The position numbers and the translations under genes were made by a program. Under the pieces are notes generated by a model. That model was not told the origin of the DNA. It was given only the letters and a program-made list of their open reading frames with translations, and searched no databases. Positions 60,240 through 64,000 of a DNA stretch of 64,000 nt are shown one piece after another (the first letter of the stretch is position 1; each line of letters opens with the position of its first letter). Location of the stretch: NCBI GenBank assembly GCA_000004695.1, contig CM000155.2, positions 2,848,001 to 2,912,000 of the forward strand, in the 5' to 3' direction. The stretch comes from Dictyostelium discoideum (Eukaryota).

Positions 60240-60800
60240 CCTCCGCAAATTCGCAGTTTTTTGCGGGTTTTAATTTTATCACAACAACAATAATTATTTA
60301 TTTATTTTTTCGCGTGTAGAAAAGTAGAGAGTGTAGAGTGATTTCTGACGAACTAGTACGGATTTCACAAATACACAAAAATAGTGCACGTCATATAAAA
60401 TCAATAGAGAACCCCTATAACTCCTCTTACGTTATGCACGATATTGTGTTTGTGTAATTCTGTGCGCGTGTATTAAAATCAAGAGGGATTGTTAGTACGT
60501 TATCATTATACATGACGTACACAGTTTGCACTTTTTTTTATGTTTTCGTACTTTTTTTTACTACTCACTCTACAACTCTATTTTTCTACATATATATAAA
60601 AAATTAAAAATAATATTAATATTACATGAATATATGTATAGAGTAATATATAGATAATAAAAATATGGAATATAGTTTAGAGTGATTTTAGGTTATAGGA
60701 GCATAGCCGAAGGCTAATGCGATAGGGAAGCAGCAAAGCGTTCCCTCACACCTTCCCTCACACCTTACCATTTTATGACCTTCCAGAATATAGTAATTTT
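60240..60800. repeat. GC-enriched region containing nested inverted repeats (about 300 bp imperfect palindrome) and a small perfect hairpin
   Basis: Hairpin CCGCAAA-ttcgcagttt-TTTGCGG at 60244-60267. TAGAGAGTGTAGAGTGAT (about 60322) pairs with ACTCACTCTACAACTCTA (about 60562). GTGCACGTCATATAA (about 60387) pairs with TTATACATGACGTACAC (about 60513). A direct repeat CCTTCCCTCACACCTT x2 lies at 60745-60775. Composition is clearly less AT-rich than the surroundings. Confidence 0.5.
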
Positions 60801-61386
60801 CAAGGTACTATTGATAAAAAAAAAAAAGCTAAATTATTTTAAATTTGTTTTCTTTTCACCAATGATAAATCTAATGATGGATTCACAATCATTTCGATAT
60901 AAAACAAATAAATTATTTATTGTTTTTTTTTGTAAGGTTGTTAAATTATAATTTTTCTTTTTCTTCTTATTATTATGTTTATTATTTAATAAATTATTAA
61001 TACTAATATCTAAAAATGTTATTTATTTATTAATTAATTAATTAAGTACATACTATTGGATGTTTTATACATGCCATAAACCAACCTATCAAGAATATGT
61101 TGAAAGTTTACAATCAATAATTTAAAATTGTTATAATATATATTAATAATTAGGGAAATTGAAGAGAATAAAATTTACATCCTAATCCTCCATTTCCCCA
61201 AAAATTTTCAAAAATAAATAAATAATTTAAAATATTAATACAAATTGTATGTGTATATTAAATAATAATAGATTAAAAAAAAAAAAAAAAAAAAAAAAAT
61301 TAAATTAAATTAAATTAGAATCAAAATTTCCTTCAAACATAATTCATGCTCTTCTATTCCTGTAAAAAAAAAAATTAAAATTAAAA

Positions 61387-61566
61387 ATGTTGGGGTGTGA
61401 AATTTTAAAAATATGTTTGTTTGAAACAAAAAATAAAAAAAAAAATGGTGTAGATCGCCAAATTAAAAGCCAAGATTGTTCAAATATTTCCAATGTATTG
61501 ATGGATGCAACAAAGAATTGGAAAGAAATGCCAGAAAGTTGGAAAAATAAATTAAATTTTTATTAG
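61387..61566 (+). CDS. Paralogue (possibly degenerate) of the small peptide gene at 17868-18077
   Basis: 59-aa ORF MLGCEILKICLFETKNKKKNGVDRQIKSQDCSNISNVLMDATKNWKEMPESWKNKLNFY. Its core matches KIKSQDCSEVFNAFMDAKKNWKEMPES, but it has no signal peptide. Confidence 0.25.
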   Translation: MLGCEILKICLFETKNKKKNGVDRQIKSQDCSNISNVLMDATKNWKEMPESWKNKLNFY

Positions 61567-61835
61567 TAATTTTTTAGTTTTGTTGCAAATTTTAATAATC
61601 AACAAAATAATAATAACTAGTAATAATAAAAAAACATAAAAAAAAAAAATATTTTTTTGAATCCAAACTTTACAACTTTAAAAAAAAAAAACTAAAACTA
61701 AAAAAGGTAGAGTGCACTTGTTAGGTTTGATGCTAATTATTTATTGATTTTTAATATTATTTTTTTTTTTTTTTATTTCTGGCAAACTTAATATGGAATA
61801 TCAGTTACAACCTGTGCAATATGAAAGCACTTGGT

Positions 61836-61950
61836 CTATACATAGAATAGGAATGTTGTTTTTGTAAAACTCTTCACCTGTATTACCATGCAGGCAAAAA
61901 GTTCCCCTTCACTTAGAAAAGCGTTGAAAAGAATGGCAGCAAAGATTGCA
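61836..61950 (-). pseudogene. Isolated antisense fragment of an ABCG/PDR-type transporter TMD exon (relic)
   Basis: The minus strand encodes [34 protein letters not shown] followed by a GTAATA donor. This is the conserved PDR/ABCG TMD block (..LFSRGGALFFAILFNAFSSLLEIF..). No upstream acceptor or exons; it lies 1.3 kb from a real abcG gene on the other strand. Confidence 0.4.
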
Positions 61951-62604
61951 CCACCTCTAGTGAAAAGACCTGATAGATTGGTTTGCATATTATAAATTAT
62001 TTTTTTTTTTTTTAAATGCAACAAAATAAACAATCAATCATTTGAACAATTATATTTTTAGAGAAAATGAGTTGGGTCATTTATAGATTAAAAAAAAAAA
62101 AAAATCAAAAAAATTGATTTAATTAAATTGTTTTATTTTTTATTTTTTCATTTTTAAATTTTATAAATTTCTAATATTTGTTTATGTGTTTTATTGTTTT
62201 TTTTTTAAAAAAATTGAAAATAGATAGGTAAAATAAAAAATTAAAATTAAATGGTTATTGCTTTTATTTATTTTATTATTTTAAATCAAATAAAATAAGT
62301 AATTAAATTTTGGTTTTTATTTTTTTTTTTATTTAAAAATTCAAATTTGACAATCAAATCAAATTTTTGGTTTTTTTTTTTAATATCTATTTTTTTATTT
62401 AAAATATATTAACTTTTCTTTTGTTTCTCAAAAAAATTTATTAAAAAAAAATAAAGTAAAATAAAATAAAAATCTGAATTTAAAATAAAGACTTTTTCGA
62501 ATGGGACTATTAAAAAAAAAAAATAAAAAAATAAAACTGTTATTATTTGAAAAAAAAATGGATTTCGTAAAAAATAAAAAGACGATAAAATAGATATTTT
62601 GGAG

Positions 62605-62644
<40 letters not shown>

Positions 62645-63080
62645 AAAAGAATTTAAAAAAAATAAAATTAAAAAAAAAAAATACTATTGAGACTCTTTTA
62701 AAAAGATTATTCAAAAAAATTTTCCAAAATGTGACCGCTAACAATGCATTGATTGCGTTTGGTGGGTAGCAAAACCGTCATGACAGTTACATGAAAATAT
62801 TTAAAAATAAAAAAAAGTGAAAAAAAAATAAAAAAAAGTGAAAAAAAAATAAAAAAAAAAAATAAAAAATAAAAAAAAATAATTTGTTGTTGCAATATTG
62901 AATCTAGATGATGACAACAGTTTACTAATGACAAAACATTCAACATCAACCATCTATTTTTGTTAGGTTATTTTTAAACTAACCACAGTATTATTAATAT
63001 TTTATTTTTTATAATATTTTTTTTTTTTTTTTCCATTTTAAAAGACAATTTTTTTTTTTTTTTATTATTGTTATTATTTT

Positions 63081-63119
<39 letters not shown>

Positions 63120-63254
63120 TATAGCTATAAATAAATAATTTTTTATACAATTTATTTTCTTAATTTATTTATTTATTTTCTAATTTTTTTTTTTTATTTT
63201 TTATTTCTAAAAATATTTTTTTGTTCATAAATAAATATTTTTATTCATTTAGTA

Positions 63255-64000
63255 ATGGATAATAATGTTGAATATGAATTAAAAGAAGTCTCTATTCAAG
63301 AGGGTGGTAGTAATTTAAATATTAATACACCAAGTGGAATGAGTGATGGAGATTTCAATAGCGGCGCAAATTCACCAGATATTGTAAAAAGTGAAAATGA
63401 TTTTGATAAATTGGCAGAAAGTTTAGAAAAAGAATCAAAACAATATTTTGCGGCTCAAGATAATGAAAATAATGCTGGAGAAAGTGAGGAAGATTTTAAA
63501 TTACGTAGATATTTCGAAAATTCTCAACGTATGGCATTAAGTAATGGTTCAAAACCAAAGAAAATGGTAAATATTAAAAATTTTTTTTTATTTTTTATTT
63601 TTTTACATCCCAATTAATTTTTTAATTTTATTTTTTAAAATTTCATAGAGTATTTGTATTAGAAATTTAACAGTTGTTGGTCGTGGCGCAGATTTATCAG
63701 TTATTGCAGATTTATTAACACCATTCAATTGGTTTATAAGTTTATTTAAACCATCAACTTGGAAAATTGAAAAAACTTCAACATTTAATATTTTAAATAA
63801 TGTCACATGTTTTAATAGAGACGGTCAAATGTTATTAGTTCTTGGTCGTCCAGGTGCTGGTTGTTCTGTAAGTTTTTCAATTTTTTAATTTTTTTTTTTC
63901 CTAATTCCTTTAATTAATATAATTTTTATTGTAGACATTACTCCGTTTAATTTCAAATCAAAGAGGTTCATACATTAGTGTTGATGGTGATATTAAATAT
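63255..64000 (+). CDS. ABC transporter, G-family (PDR-type, NBD-first), 3'-partial; 3 exons visible
   Basis: Exon 1 is 63255..63566 ([18 protein letters not shown]...SKPKKM, donor GTAAAT). Exon 2 is 63649..63867 ([29 protein letters not shown]...[13 protein letters not shown], acceptor TTTCATAG, donor GTAAGT). Exon 3 is 63935..64000+ ([22 protein letters not shown]). The Walker [14 protein letters not shown] is typical of PDR/ABCG NBD1. Continues beyond the window. Confidence 0.75.

Noticed and set aside
62409-62949. ORFs 62409..62744(-) and 62707..62949(-)
   Set aside because: Poly-Phe-rich translations of A/T runs in the abcG upstream intergenic region.
63603-63806. ORF 63603..63806(-)
   Set aside because: Antisense of abcG intron 1 / exon 2.

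Overview
This 64 kb window is a very AT-rich (about 22% GC) Dictyostelium discoideum-type nuclear sequence. It has coding (AAT)n/(CAA)n/(TCA)n tracts, short GTAAGT...AG introns and homopolymer-rich intergenic DNA. It is gene-dense with host genes I can identify by protein similarity:

- a 5'-truncated BRCA2 orthologue with tandem BRC repeats plus helical/OB domain
- a WDR33/Pfs2 polyadenylation-factor orthologue
- a rasG-type Ras GTPase in 2 exons
- four ABC transporters from three subfamilies (ABCB half, ABCA full, ABCB full containing a 31-nt micro-exon, and an ABCG start at the window edge)
- a chitobiase-like GH18 protein
- a SABATH-type SAM methyltransferase
- a J-domain protein
- a tgr-like EGF/TM glycoprotein
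- an approximately 8-TM membrane protein
- several hypothetical genes whose splice models I reconstructed by hand

Two accessory islands interrupt this.

- Island 1 (19.3-26.3 kb) contains a short tandem repeat, a Harbinger/PIF-like DDE transposase remnant, a co-directional cluster of four low-complexity-free ORFs separated by GC-rich hairpin spacers (possible virus or mobile-element origin), a degenerate pseudogene, a foldback repeat, an ORF pair split by an in-frame TAA, and two assembly gaps.
- Island 2 (56.1-60.8 kb) contains a degenerate second copy of that ORF pair, another foldback repeat, a D5-type SF3 primase-helicase pseudogene (in-frame stop inside motif C plus a frameshift), two small ORFs and a roughly 300 bp GC-rich imperfect palindrome.

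Together these look like remnants of an undescribed virus-like or large DNA mobile element in the Dictyostelium genome.

There are four 100-N assembly gaps, each next to repeats, and one falls inside the WDR33 CDS. No tRNA, rRNA or CRISPR was found.
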